From positions 36,871 through 100,870 of IMG/VR virus record IMGVR_UViG_3300037440_000315: 64,000 bases of DNA. One strand, 5' to 3'. Shown piece by piece: positions 44,241 through 53,341 of this stretch. The stretch is from a virus (lineage: Duplodnaviria; Caudoviricetes). The position numbers and the translations under genes are program-made. The stretch's first letter is position 1. The number at the start of each line of letters is the position of its first letter. Under the pieces are notes generated by a model. The model saw nothing but the letters and a program-made list of their open reading frames with translations. It ran no database searches and was not told where the DNA came from.

Positions 44241-46057
44241 GCGACCTCCTCGACTTCAGAGAGGCTTTCCTCCAGATCAAGCTGCTTTTCAGGAGCAGTC
44301 GTTTCCACTTGCGCGAATAGCGGCGTATCCTCGCCGCGAACGTGCGAGACGCGGTGCAGGATGTCTGCGAAGTACTCCTCCTCACGCTCGATCAGGATGC
44401 AGTTCATGCCTTCGCGCATGCACGCCATGCCGGTGCTGCCGGATCCGGCGAAGGGATCGAGCACGGTTCCGCCGGGCTGCGTGACGAGCCGGATCAGGTA
44501 GGCCATGAGGTCAATCGGCTTGACGGTCGGGTGTTTGGATTTCAGGCGGTCGTCTTTGTCTGCCTTGGCGCAATAGAAGAAGCGGGCGGCAGTACCGCCA
44601 TTGTCGGAGTGACCGCGAATTCCACTGGTTCCAATCTTAAGATTAGGCTCCATATCGGCTAGGCCGCCATGCCGCCCGGCGTGTTGCAAGCCGCGATCGC
44701 TTTCCTTGCTAACTGCCGTCTCCGGAAACAACCGGACAACTTCCTCGCTGCCGTCATGGATGAAATTGGCAGGCCAGCGGCCGGATGGTTGCTGATAACC
44801 ATCTGACGCCACGCCACGCTGCATGCCCCAGCCATCATTCCGGAACGTCCCGCTTTTGGCATACGCTCCGCCGTTAAGATCATCCCCTGTGTGAACTCGG
44901 CTCGCGCCAATGTTCAGCGCGCCTGTTCCGTATTTCAGAACGTTCGCGGCGACAGACTTTTCAGAGAGAGGTTTGCGGGCTACGATGATCGGCTCAAAGG
45001 CTGGCTTCAGCGCGGTTCCCCAGCCGTCATTTACAATTGGTTTGCCGCACCTATCGCAATTCGCCCATGCTCCGCCAGCTTGTGACTCCGGTTGTCCGGC
45101 CACAACTCCAAATTCGTCTTGCAATTCCTCAATGGATCGTGATTGCGGTGATGCACACACTCTGTCCGCGTCAGAGGACGGCCTATCCATCTGGCCATTA
45201 CCAGACGGTGCTCCATCACATATCCGTCCTTGCGGGCCATCTCCTGAAGCTCCGGTGGACATCTCACGTATTTTACGCTGACGTAATTTCCTCGGCGCTT
45301 GCGAAGTGTCACCCCCCCCTTCCATGCTGGATTTTTCGGGCCGTACATGGCTGCCATGGCGAAGCTCTCCGGCGTCCGCGCCAGGGCTCCCTTGTAGCCA
45401 TGTGTGGCCCATTCCTGTCCCCGCAGGACACCGTTGCACTGACGTGAACACGTCGGGCTCTTGACCTTCTTGCGCCACGCCCTCGGCATTTCCCGAATTT
45501 TGCCGCAAACGGCGCAATTGATCGTCACCCATGTCGCAGCAACACGCGGCATCTTTTAACTTTCTGCTGACGTTGTGACTTTTCGGAAATCCTTGCGAGT
45601 ACACCCACATGATGCAGTCGCGAATTTCAAAGCCTGCGTCTTCAATCGCACAAGCCATGCGGTGATATGTGCGGGTGCCGCCGAACGCGAGCAGGTGCCC
45701 GCCGGGCTTCAGCGCATCAAGGCAAAGACTCCAAAGCTCAGGATCGAAAGCAATGTCGCCGCCGTCCCACATTTTTCCCATGAAACCACGCGCATGCCGA
45801 CCATAGGCGCCGACTGCATAACGCTCTGTGGTTTCCGAGCGCGGCGTCTTTGCAAAACGCTTGTGGATTGATTGAAGATGATAGGGCGGATCTGTTACGA
45901 TGGAATCCACGTTGTGCAGCGTCGGCAGGATAAACCGGCAGTCCTCATTATAGAGGGTGCATCCATCCACGACCGTCCGCGATTTTTCCAGCCGTTCCCG
46001 CAGGGAAGAAATCGCCACGTCGTATGACTTGCTCGAATTGTCTGCAGCGTCATACAT
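44237..46057 (-). CDS. DNA N4-cytosine/N6-adenine methyltransferase (beta class) with a large in-frame insertion
   Basis: DSIVTDPPY motif IV, HPTVKP, VLDPFAGSGSTG motif I; start moved to ATG 46057. Confidence 0.88.
   Translation of the reverse strand: MYDAADNSSKSYDVAISSLRERLEKSRTVVDGCTLYNEDCRFILPTLHNVDSIVTDPPYHLQSIHKRFAKTPRSETTERYAVGAYGRHARGFMGKMWDGGDIAFDPELWSLCLDALKPGGHLLAFGGTRTYHRMACAIEDAGFEIRDCIMWVYSQGFPKSHNVSRKLKDAACCCDMGDDQLRRLRQNSGNAEGVAQEGQEPDVFTSVQRCPAGTGMGHTWLQGSPGADAGELRHGSHVRPEKSSMEGGGDTSQAPRKLRQRKIREMSTGASGDGPQGRICDGAPSGNGQMDRPSSDADRVCASPQSRSIEELQDEFGVVAGQPESQAGGAWANCDRCGKPIVNDGWGTALKPAFEPIIVARKPLSEKSVAANVLKYGTGALNIGASRVHTGDDLNGGAYAKSGTFRNDGWGMQRGVASDGYQQPSGRWPANFIHDGSEEVVRLFPETAVSKESDRGLQHAGRHGGLADMEPNLKIGTSGIRGHSDNGGTAARFFYCAKADKDDRLKSKHPTVKPIDLMAYLIRLVTQPGGTVLDPFAGSGSTGMACMREGMNCILIEREEEYFADILHRVSHVRGEDTPLFAQVETTAPEKQLDLEESLSEVEEVA
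45031..45552 (-). CDS. HNH homing endonuclease nested in an alternative frame of the methyltransferase gene
   Basis: CAVCG..., CSRQC, NPAWKGG, YV.EHRLVMA..IGRPL...E.VHH.N.D...N...NLEL. Confidence 0.8.
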   Translation of the reverse strand: MPRVAATWVTINCAVCGKIREMPRAWRKKVKSPTCSRQCNGVLRGQEWATHGYKGALARTPESFAMAAMYGPKNPAWKGGVTLRKRRGNYVSVKYVRCPPELQEMARKDGYVMEHRLVMARWIGRPLTRTECVHHRNHDPLRNCKTNLELWPDNRSHKLAEHGRIAIGAANQL

Positions 46058-46244
46058 TGGGCAACTCCCCGCGCTTGGCGACCCGCGTTTTATTCTTCGC
46101 GTAGCGAGCGCAGACAGGCTTACGGGCGAGCGCCGTTGCATGGTCGATCTCAAACCGAACTCTTCCCGAAACCGGGTCTGTGTGTTTGATAAACGGCGTG
46201 CCGTCTAGGTCGACGCGCTCTGCGCCTGGGGGGAGCTTCTTCAT
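46050..46244 (-). CDS. Hypothetical protein
   Basis: Coupled small ORF. Confidence 0.45.
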   Translation of the reverse strand: MKKLPPGAERVDLDGTPFIKHTDPVSGRVRFEIDHATALARKPVCARYAKNKTRVAKRGELPNV

Positions 46245-46444
46245 GCCGCGCGCCTCACGCGTCTCTTGCGCGGACCACGAAGCTCATGCAGTCCGTTATA
46301 GACAGCCGCTTCCGTCGCATCCATGAGCGAGGCAATCTGCCTTGTGTCGTTGCCTTCGTTCCATAAGCGGAGTGCTTCTTGCCGCTCGTTGGCGCGCAAC
46401 ATGTTTTTCAGGTTGAACAATCGCCGGTCGGTGGTCACGGGCAT
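46241..46444 (-). CDS. Small HTH-like protein
   Basis: LWNEG.DT.QIA..M...EAAVYN; GGAGG RBS. Confidence 0.5.
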   Translation of the reverse strand: MPVTTDRRLFNLKNMLRANERQEALRLWNEGNDTRQIASLMDATEAAVYNGLHELRGPRKRRVRRAA

Positions 46445-46764
46445 GGTGCCTCCGTATTCAGATGAATGACGTTGTGAACGACCTGATGGTTGACCCCGAG
46501 CGCCTGCGCAATTGATACGGCTGGCCAGTTCCATGGCTTGCAGCGAAGCTTGATGATAAGCTCGTGCGTCTCGTTGACTTCGTTGGCCTTGTTCAGGAGA
46601 TAGGATTCCCGCGTCCTCAAGCCGATTCGATTAAGCCGACCGATAATCGCCTGGCGAGAACGCCCCGGGAGATGCTCCACCATCTGATGTGGCGACAGCC
46701 CCTCGGCGCAAAGATCCCTTAGCTTTTTGTCTTCTTGCTCAGACCAGAGTGACATCGTCTTCAT
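46435..46764 (-). CDS. GcrA-like HTH regulator
   Basis: WSEQEDKKLRDLCAEGLS..QM...LPGRSRQAIIGRLNRIGL matches the GcrA N-terminal pattern. Confidence 0.6.
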   Translation of the reverse strand: MKTMSLWSEQEDKKLRDLCAEGLSPHQMVEHLPGRSRQAIIGRLNRIGLRTRESYLLNKANEVNETHELIIKLRCKPWNWPAVSIAQALGVNHQVVHNVIHLNTEAPCP

Positions 46765-46906
46765 TCCGTCTTAGAGGCGGCCGGTCTCCGGGGGAGGAAA
46801 CCGGCCTTTTGGGCATAGAGGAGATACTCCCGGCGACGCGATACGAGCCGCACGCAACAGGACGCCTACGCTTACGAAACAGACGGGGGTTACGCAGGAC
46901 TGACAC

Positions 46907-47140
46907 TCAGGCGGCGGCGTGCTCGGATGGCTCGTTGATTGGGATTATCCAATCGTTCTGGGTGACATCGCCGTTGGTTTCAGCAAAGATGCGTCCAGCC
47001 AACTCCAAGCCCGGTTTTCGGTCGCCGTTCAGTAACCGGGTGATGGTTGATGGCCCAACGCCGACACGAGCCGCGAAGACGTACATTCTAATCCCCTCAC
47101 GTTCGAGCCATGCCGCCAATTTACGAGAACCTATATTCAT
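46907..47140 (-). CDS. cro: Cro-like repressor
   Basis: Short HTH (FAARVGV.PSTITRLLNG.R.P), divergent from cI. Confidence 0.75.
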   Translation of the reverse strand: MNIGSRKLAAWLEREGIRMYVFAARVGVGPSTITRLLNGDRKPGLELAGRIFAETNGDVTQNDWIIPINEPSEHAAA

Positions 47141-47150
47141 GCGTCCTATC

Positions 47151-47197
47151 TTGCCTATTTGGAAAGTTTCCGTCAAGGCAAAATTTTCCTATTTGTG
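47151..47197. promoter_or_regulatory. Right operator/promoter region
   Basis: TTGCCTATTTGGAAA (47151-47165), degenerate copy at ~47185; minus-strand TTGACG -35 at 47171-47176. Confidence 0.65.
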
Positions 47198-47233
47198 TCT
47201 GGTGTGACATATCGGTTTGGATAAAAAGACGCT

Positions 47234-47842
47234 ATGGCTAAAGCGCAGAAAAAATTCCCGAACCGAATCCGCGAAATACGCGAAGCTAAGGTTCCGAAGA
47301 TGACACTCGAAAAACTAGCAGAGTTGACAGAGTTATCTGTTGGCTATCTAAGTAAATTGGAGGCGGGGAAACAGCCATTAAATGGACGGATAATGCCCAG
47401 GATTGCTTCTGCATTGGGAGTCAAACCGAGTGAGTTAATCGACTCTGCTAAAGCTTGGCTCGAAACTGATATTACATGTATAATATCTCAGAACCACGAA
47501 GTTCAACTCGTACACAATAGCGAGAAGAATGGTCAAAGGTTGACGACAACTGTCCCGGCTGCGCTTGGCGAAGTCGAGGCGGCTCTTGTCGTTGGCAACC
47601 ATCTGTATCCCCGTTACGATGACGGCGATGTTATTACATTCGATTTGAGAGATAAAAGCGCTCCCGAAGATTTGATCGGCAAGGAGTGCGTAATAACACT
47701 TACTAACGATCTTACCTTTATTAAAACGATCGTACGCGGTAGCGGACCAAATCTTTACCACCTCACCTCATTCAATGCGCCTCCAGTCTATGATGTGGAG
47801 ATCAAGCGCGCCATTCCAGTACGCTGGGTAGGTCGCTCCTAA
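47234..47842 (+). CDS. cI: CI-like repressor (XRE HTH plus S24-like C-terminal domain)
   Basis: MTLEKLAELTELSVGYLSKLEAG HTH; V.GNHLYP.YDDGD and FIKT in the C-terminal domain. Confidence 0.85.
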   Translation: MAKAQKKFPNRIREIREAKVPKMTLEKLAELTELSVGYLSKLEAGKQPLNGRIMPRIASALGVKPSELIDSAKAWLETDITCIISQNHEVQLVHNSEKNGQRLTTTVPAALGEVEAALVVGNHLYPRYDDGDVITFDLRDKSAPEDLIGKECVITLTNDLTFIKTIVRGSGPNLYHLTSFNAPPVYDVEIKRAIPVRWVGRS

Positions 47843-47884
47843 CTGCGCCAAAATTACCACAGCTTTTTAGTCATGTCTGAAATG

Positions 47885-47936
47885 TTGCCTATTTGGCAAA
47901 TTTCTCATTGACTGTTTTTTGCCTATTTGGCAATAT
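47885..47936 (+). promoter_or_regulatory. Left operator/promoter
   Basis: Two TTGCC-TATTT-GGCAA inverted repeats (47885-47899, 47919-47933) around a TTGACT -35 (47908). Confidence 0.75.
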
Positions 47937-48039
47937 GGTCCCTATCGGCAGGCTTCCCCCCGGTCGCCTGCCGCCTCTTCAACCCAGACCCTGCCCATAA
48001 AGCGAGGTCTGGGCCTTCAGGGCAAAAGGGTCAAGGGAC

Positions 48040-48237
48040 ATGAACGTCTACGGAATTCTCACTCGCTACGGAGACTATTTCGAAGTCTCAGCAGCCAGCA
48101 TCGTCGATGCGCGCGCTGATGCAGAAGACATGATCGCTGTAGACGGACAGGTTGGCGACAGCGTTCACCAAGTCCATTCAGTCGCTAATCCGGTTCAGGC
48201 CATCCGCGAAGACCTTGCGGAGATCATGGCGTCATGA
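48040..48237 (+). CDS. Hypothetical protein
   Basis: First ORF of the pL operon; RBS. Confidence 0.55.
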   Translation: MNVYGILTRYGDYFEVSAASIVDARADAEDMIAVDGQVGDSVHQVHSVANPVQAIREDLAEIMAS

Positions 48238-48488
48238 TCCACATTCGCATCGACGATGAGGAACTCAACAGCAAACGCAAATTTGCGTGCGGCCTCGGTC
48301 CCGATCTCCCTGAAGGCGACACCTATTTTTTCGCGAGCGAGCCAGCTTCCGAAAGGAAGGCCAACTGCCCCGGCTGCAACCCTACCCCTCGCCGGTACGG
48401 AACTCCTGTTTCGGAGGTTTCAACGCGACCAGGGACTGAAGGCTATTCCGAATGGATCAGGATCTGCAAGAGCTGGGGATACGATTAA
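48234..48488 (+). CDS. Hypothetical protein
   Basis: Coupled ORF with CPGC. Confidence 0.55.
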   Translation: MIHIRIDDEELNSKRKFACGLGPDLPEGDTYFFASEPASERKANCPGCNPTPRRYGTPVSEVSTRPGTEGYSEWIRICKSWGYD

Positions 48489-48524
48489 CCGAACTCTCCT
48501 CCCACAAGCAGGAAGAGCAACTGC

Positions 48525-48572
48525 AAGCCCCAGCCACCGTGTAGCCAAACTAACTAAGGCTGGGGCTTTTTT
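48525..48572 (+). terminator. Terminator-like hairpin
   Basis: AAGCCCCAGCC...GGCTGGGGCTT followed by a T run (large loop). Confidence 0.5.
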
Positions 48573-48589
48573 AAACAGAGGACTGAGCA

Positions 48590-49042
48590 ATGGGAACTAG
48601 AGCCGATTTTTACATCAAGAGAGACGCCGCGCTTGAATGGCTCGGCAGTGTGGCATGGGACGGCTACGACGTTCAAGAAATGACGCAGGGAAACTCAGAC
48701 GAATCTGAGCGTAACAAATCCTGCTGGAACGTCAAAAACGCGACGACCGAAGATGAATTCAAGCAAGCGGTCGAAGCTTATTTCTCACATCGCGATGACG
48801 TTCGTCTTCCAACGGAAGGTTGGCCTTGGCCGTGGAATGACAGCCGCACCACCGACAGAGCCTATGTGCTCGATCACGGCAAGGTGCGCATCTTCGGCTT
48901 TGGCGGCGAATACGCCGGTGAGCGTGACGAAGAAGGCGACGAAGTGCGCCGCGAAAAACACGAAACCGATTTCGAGTGGCCAGACATGAGTGACGCCAAG
49001 AACGTCACGGACGGCGGCTTCATCATTATGCGTGCAGTATAA
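48590..49042 (+). CDS. Hypothetical protein
   Basis: MGTRADFY...WDGY; GAGGA RBS. Confidence 0.6.
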   Translation: MGTRADFYIKRDAALEWLGSVAWDGYDVQEMTQGNSDESERNKSCWNVKNATTEDEFKQAVEAYFSHRDDVRLPTEGWPWPWNDSRTTDRAYVLDHGKVRIFGFGGEYAGERDEEGDEVRREKHETDFEWPDMSDAKNVTDGGFIIMRAV

Positions 49043-49057
49043 TCCGGAGCACTCCCA

Positions 49058-49576
49058 ATGAACACCTATTCTGTCCCCAGCACCGAGCATCCCCAATCCA
49101 GCTCCGGCGACCAAAGCCGTTCTGCATGGGGGCAGACAGCGAGTGAGCCGCGTAAGGGAATTACCGAGCGGCTCACTCGCAACTACTGGATTGCAGTCTC
49201 CGCAGGGATGATGATTCCCCTGATCGCAACCTTCGTCAGCGTGTTGCCGCTGACATGGGGGGGATCGCTGATCGTCGGCTCATTCATCGCCTCGGTGCTG
49301 TTCTACATCTTCAGCGTGATGACGGAACTTCTTGCGGCTCTCAAAAAGGCAAAACTCCTTTGGAACGAGCGCGAGGAAAAGATCGCCGGGCAGAACGAAT
49401 GCATTCTCAAGCTACATGAAGAACTTGATCATTTTAAGGCTCTTTCTTTCACCAAGCGGGGTGGATTGTCTGTGGTGAAAGACGGCGCGGCGGCAGGGAC
49501 ACTCTCATGTTCGGATAAACACGAAGGCCCTGCCGCCGTTGTTCACGAATTTCCTAACCCGAAGGGAGTGGCGTGA
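49058..49576 (+). CDS. Hypothetical membrane protein
   Basis: Two TM segments then a coiled coil. Confidence 0.55.
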   Translation: MNTYSVPSTEHPQSSSGDQSRSAWGQTASEPRKGITERLTRNYWIAVSAGMMIPLIATFVSVLPLTWGGSLIVGSFIASVLFYIFSVMTELLAALKKAKLLWNEREEKIAGQNECILKLHEELDHFKALSFTKRGGLSVVKDGAAAGTLSCSDKHEGPAAVVHEFPNPKGVA

Positions 49577-50151
49577 TGCACCCGCTCTGTGACGAATTCA
49601 AAACTGGCGTCTGCGAATGGTGTGGTCACGAAGGCGCGGTCTATGCTGACAATTCCCACTGCGAAGACTGCGATGGTGACATCATCCACTGCTCGATCTG
49701 TAAGCAGGACCAGCACATTGATAGCACGTGCCGCCATGTTTTCCGCGACGAAAGCCTTGAATGGACCGGCAGCGGCGGCTATTCGCCAAGCGACGAAGTA
49801 AAGAAGTCGTTCATTCGCCTGATCGCCAGTATGCCAGAAGGCTTTGCGCCCGATCTCCGGCAAGCCATAGCTGCTGAAAAGTTCCACACATGGATCGTTG
49901 CACCAATGCTTGGCCCCGGCGGATTTCTGTCGCTGTACGGCACGGATAACAGCCGCGAATGGGGTGAGCAGATCCTTGTGTTTGGCGAGAGTGACCACGC
50001 TGAACTCTACGCTGACGGCTATCACTGGCTGGTCTCGCTCTACAACGAAATGACGCCGGATGCCAACCGGATCACCATCGGCTGGATCGACGAGTTCGTC
50101 AACTCCGCCGCCGTTGTTCCTTTCACCAAGACAGATGGAGCAGGAGCATGA
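49573..50151 (+). CDS. Cys-rich hypothetical protein
   Basis: Multiple CxxC. Confidence 0.55.
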   Translation: MMHPLCDEFKTGVCEWCGHEGAVYADNSHCEDCDGDIIHCSICKQDQHIDSTCRHVFRDESLEWTGSGGYSPSDEVKKSFIRLIASMPEGFAPDLRQAIAAEKFHTWIVAPMLGPGGFLSLYGTDNSREWGEQILVFGESDHAELYADGYHWLVSLYNEMTPDANRITIGWIDEFVNSAAVVPFTKTDGAGA

Positions 50152-50390
50152 CGGAGAAGCTGACACGCATAGTCATCGGCAAGAAAAGCCGAGGCATCCT
50201 TGAATGGGGCGAGATCGATCCGAAAGAAATGATCGCCAGGTTCCGTGAGTATGCGGCCGGTCTCCGTCAAGAAGCTGAGAAAATTGAGAATGCTGCTGAC
50301 GAAGATTTTCAGATCGATGTCGTGCGCGGCTCCGTTGTTCAGCATCACGTAAAGACGCTTCAGAACGCGCGCAATGGAGGCAAGCAATGA
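50148..50390 (+). CDS. Hypothetical protein
   Basis: Coupled ORF, AGGAG RBS. Confidence 0.55.
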   Translation: MTEKLTRIVIGKKSRGILEWGEIDPKEMIARFREYAAGLRQEAEKIENAADEDFQIDVVRGSVVQHHVKTLQNARNGGKQ

Positions 50391-50599
50391 CCGACGCCCC
50401 CGATAACACCGGCCCCCTTCTGGACTGGTCCCTACAGGCAGCAAGACATTCACCAAGGCTCTACAGGGCTGAAGAGAACGCGAGAATTCCTATCGTTCTC
50501 CCCGGAGACAGGTTTGATCCGAAAGCCCAGAATGAAGCCGTCATGGATGAGCTTGACAGGCTTCTGGGGCGGGAGAAATCAGAAAGGCGGGCCGCATGA
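50387..50599 (+). CDS. Hypothetical protein
   Basis: Coupled ORF. Confidence 0.5.
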   Translation: MTDAPDNTGPLLDWSLQAARHSPRLYRAEENARIPIVLPGDRFDPKAQNEAVMDELDRLLGREKSERRAA

Positions 50600-50997
50600 A
50601 CGACAAACCCGAATATCCGTACAACGCTGATCAGCTTGCTTGGCTCCATGATCTGGAGACAACGGAGGAGCCGCAGTGCACCGAACACTTGCACTCCACC
50701 GGAACGGACATGGCCTATGGTTTTTGCTGCCTTGGCCGCGCCTGCATCGTCTTGGGTGTCCAAGAAACGGATGATGAAGGTCCATATGTCGAATATGACG
50801 GCGACCCTCAAATTTTGACTGAACCAACGATCAAACGGCTGCGCCTTCGCGGCACCAACGGCGATTTCAGAGTACCTGACGACGGCGCATCTTGCCTGAC
50901 TGATATGAACGATAAGGGAAAGTCTTTCAAGCAAATAGCCGCCTACATCCGCACCAACCCTTGGAACGTCTTCTATGACCCGGAGGACGGGGCATGA
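50596..50997 (+). CDS. Hypothetical phage protein
   Basis: FCCLG.AC...ND.G.SF..IA pattern. Confidence 0.6.
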   Translation: MNDKPEYPYNADQLAWLHDLETTEEPQCTEHLHSTGTDMAYGFCCLGRACIVLGVQETDDEGPYVEYDGDPQILTEPTIKRLRLRGTNGDFRVPDDGASCLTDMNDKGKSFKQIAAYIRTNPWNVFYDPEDGA

Positions 50998-51070
50998 ACC
51001 GCTACGCCTGCAAAACCACTATGCGCGGCTACGCCCTCGCATGCGCTGACCTGATCAAGGAGGACGCGGC

Positions 51071-51274
51071 ATGAACGACGATCCTATCGATAACGAGATC
51101 TGGGCAGAAGAGGCAAACGCAGACGGCACCATTGATATCTGCGTGCGAGACAAGGCAGACGCTTGCTTTCACTCGTGGCGCTTCGAAGTTGTCGCTTCTC
51201 TGACCGTTGCTGAAGCCCGCGAGCTTATCGAGAGCATTGAAGACAAGATCAGGTTTCTGGAGCGGGCGGCATGA
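51071..51274 (+). CDS. Hypothetical protein
   Basis: RBS plus coupling. Confidence 0.5.
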   Translation: MNDDPIDNEIWAEEANADGTIDICVRDKADACFHSWRFEVVASLTVAEARELIESIEDKIRFLERAA

Positions 51275-51495
51275 ACGCGACACGCGAACGCAAGCTCAAG
51301 TTCCTGAAGGATTGCGGTTTAGACCTTCGCAAAGGCGTTGCCGAGATGATCTCGCTGCATGGCGAAGACTGGCTCACCGATGACCAGATCGACGATATCG
51401 TCCGTGATCAGATCGACAATTGGAAGCGATCTCAACGCATGAACCGGAGCAACCGGGAAATCGCCAGTGCCCGGCGCGCGGGAGAGGTGGCATGA
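51271..51495 (+). CDS. Hypothetical protein
   Basis: ATGA coupling. Confidence 0.5.
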   Translation: MNATRERKLKFLKDCGLDLRKGVAEMISLHGEDWLTDDQIDDIVRDQIDNWKRSQRMNRSNREIASARRAGEVA

Positions 51496-51908
51496 ACGAC
51501 AAGCGCAAGGACCGGATCGCCAACGCCAACGCAGTTATCCGAGCCATAGGATCGCACGGAAGGCGTTTCTTTTATAGCTCGAAATACGACCGATACGGAA
51601 GTTTTTCAATCGATGACATCGGTTGCCTGAGATACCGGGACGATTATTCGGGAAAAGCCATCAAAGTCGTTCAGGGCGGCAAGTGGCGCGGGTTCTCTCA
51701 TGGCGGAACATGCCGAGCAATTGTTGAATCGCTCGCCCACTATATCAGAACAGGCGACCCAATCAATGCAGGTCATTTCGGCCCATGGCCTGATTGGGTG
51801 TGCTTCGGCGATTTATGGGGATACGGGAAAGATGCGATGGAGGAAGTCCGCAGCGCAGCATTGTCAAACCCAGCAGTGAGAACTCCAAAGCTGGAGGACG
51901 CAGCATGA
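51492..51908 (+). CDS. Hypothetical phage protein
   Basis: GRRFF...DDY...W.GFSHGGT motif; ATGA coupling. Confidence 0.6.
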   Translation: MNDKRKDRIANANAVIRAIGSHGRRFFYSSKYDRYGSFSIDDIGCLRYRDDYSGKAIKVVQGGKWRGFSHGGTCRAIVESLAHYIRTGDPINAGHFGPWPDWVCFGDLWGYGKDAMEEVRSAALSNPAVRTPKLEDAA

Positions 51909-52186
51909 ATCCTTACACTCTCCACCGTGAAGGCTTGATAAGCCGGGAAGAACGGGACAGGCAACTCGCGATCGGAGACCGCATAGAAGACCTATGCGAG
52001 AGCGTACAGGACGCGGTTCGCGAAGTCATCGCCAAATGTCGAGAGTGCGGAATGCGCTATGAGCAGGATTTCGAGGATCTCCGCATCCAAGCCTATGCCT
52101 TCCCCAGACCCGTAGGCAAAGGGATTTCATGGGGCCTGAACAGCCTCGTCACGGGCATCAACACTAAGCGGGGGATCGTGGAATGA
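51905..52186 (+). CDS. Hypothetical protein
   Basis: ATGA coupling, GGAGG RBS. Confidence 0.5.
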   Translation: MNPYTLHREGLISREERDRQLAIGDRIEDLCESVQDAVREVIAKCRECGMRYEQDFEDLRIQAYAFPRPVGKGISWGLNSLVTGINTKRGIVE

Positions 52187-52440
52187 CTAACATCACCCAG
52201 CTCATAGAGCGGCTACGCAAATGGTCTGAGCCTTCTAAAACTCACATTACATCCGAAGCCGCAGACGCTCTCGAAGCGCAAGCCTCAGAGATAGCAGAAC
52301 TGCGGGAAGCGCTGAAGCCTGCGACCGAGATCGTCGGAGTGCTCGACCGCCATCTATCAGACGACTGGGTTCCGGTCGAGACTTGGAAGGTCGAAGCTCT
52401 TTCCAAGGCGCTCGCCAAGCTTGAAGGGAGCGGAGCATGA
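52183..52440 (+). CDS. Hypothetical (Ead/Ea22-like) protein
   Basis: LIERLR...EAADALE motif. Confidence 0.5.
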   Translation: MTNITQLIERLRKWSEPSKTHITSEAADALEAQASEIAELREALKPATEIVGVLDRHLSDDWVPVETWKVEALSKALAKLEGSGA

Positions 52441-52600
52441 GCGACAACGACCGCAAAGCTGAAGTCGACGCCATGTTCGCCAAGATCACCGATCTCCAAG
52501 CCCGTCTCCGCATAGCAGAGAAGCGCGCGGAAGACGCTGAAGCACGGAATGATTTCCTGATGACAGAACTGGATATTTTAAGAGAGAAGGCGAGGCAGTC

Positions 52601-53341
52601 ATGACGACCACGCAGCAGCTTAAACCGATAGATCACGGGCAGGACGTTGCAATGCGTCCGCAGGCCATTACACCGATGGAGATGCTCAACGCCGCCGTGA
52701 CGCGCGGTGACGCCATTGAAAAGCTAACCCAGCTTATGGATCTCAACGACCGCTGGGAAGCCGCGCAGGCGAAGAAGGCTTACATCGAAGCCAAGTCGGC
52801 ATTCAAGGCGACCGCGCCGACGATTTTCAAGGACATGGAGAACAAGCAGTACAAGTCCATGTACTCGTCAATCGGCAATGTCGTCAACACCATCAACGCG
52901 GCGCTCAGCAAATACGAACTGGATGCGAGCTGGGATTACGACCAGACCGAGGAATGCATCAAGGTCACATGCATCTTGACGCACTCTCGCGGGCATTCTG
53001 AGCGCGTATCGCTTTTCGCGCCGCCCGACGTATCGGGGAGCAAGAACCCCATCCAGCAGATCAAATCGACCACGACTTACCTGAAGCTGGCGACCTTCGA
53101 AGCCGTGACCGGCGTTGCGTCGAAGGAAGGCAACAAGGACGACGACGGCAATTCGGTCGGCGTCGTGCCGATCAACGACGTGCAGGTGAAGACGATAACC
53201 GACCTTCTCGATGACACCGCATCGGACATCGAACAGTTCAAAAAGCATTTCGGCATCAGCGACGTGAAGGAACTTCCGGCACGCCGTTTCCAAGAAGCAA
53301 TGAACATTTTCGCAGCCAAGAGGAAACTGAAAAATGGCTGA
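52601..53341 (+). CDS. erf: ERF-family ssDNA annealing protein
   Basis: VTCILTHSRGHSE, N.IQ...ST.TY, DDDGN. Confidence 0.85.
   Translation: MTTTQQLKPIDHGQDVAMRPQAITPMEMLNAAVTRGDAIEKLTQLMDLNDRWEAAQAKKAYIEAKSAFKATAPTIFKDMENKQYKSMYSSIGNVVNTINAALSKYELDASWDYDQTEECIKVTCILTHSRGHSERVSLFAPPDVSGSKNPIQQIKSTTTYLKLATFEAVTGVASKEGNKDDDGNSVGVVPINDVQVKTITDLLDDTASDIEQFKKHFGISDVKELPARRFQEAMNIFAAKRKLKNG

Noticed and set aside
44990-45600. Intein in the DNA methyltransferase
   Set aside because: No His-Asn followed by Cys/Ser/Thr at the junction, and the nuclease is in a different frame.
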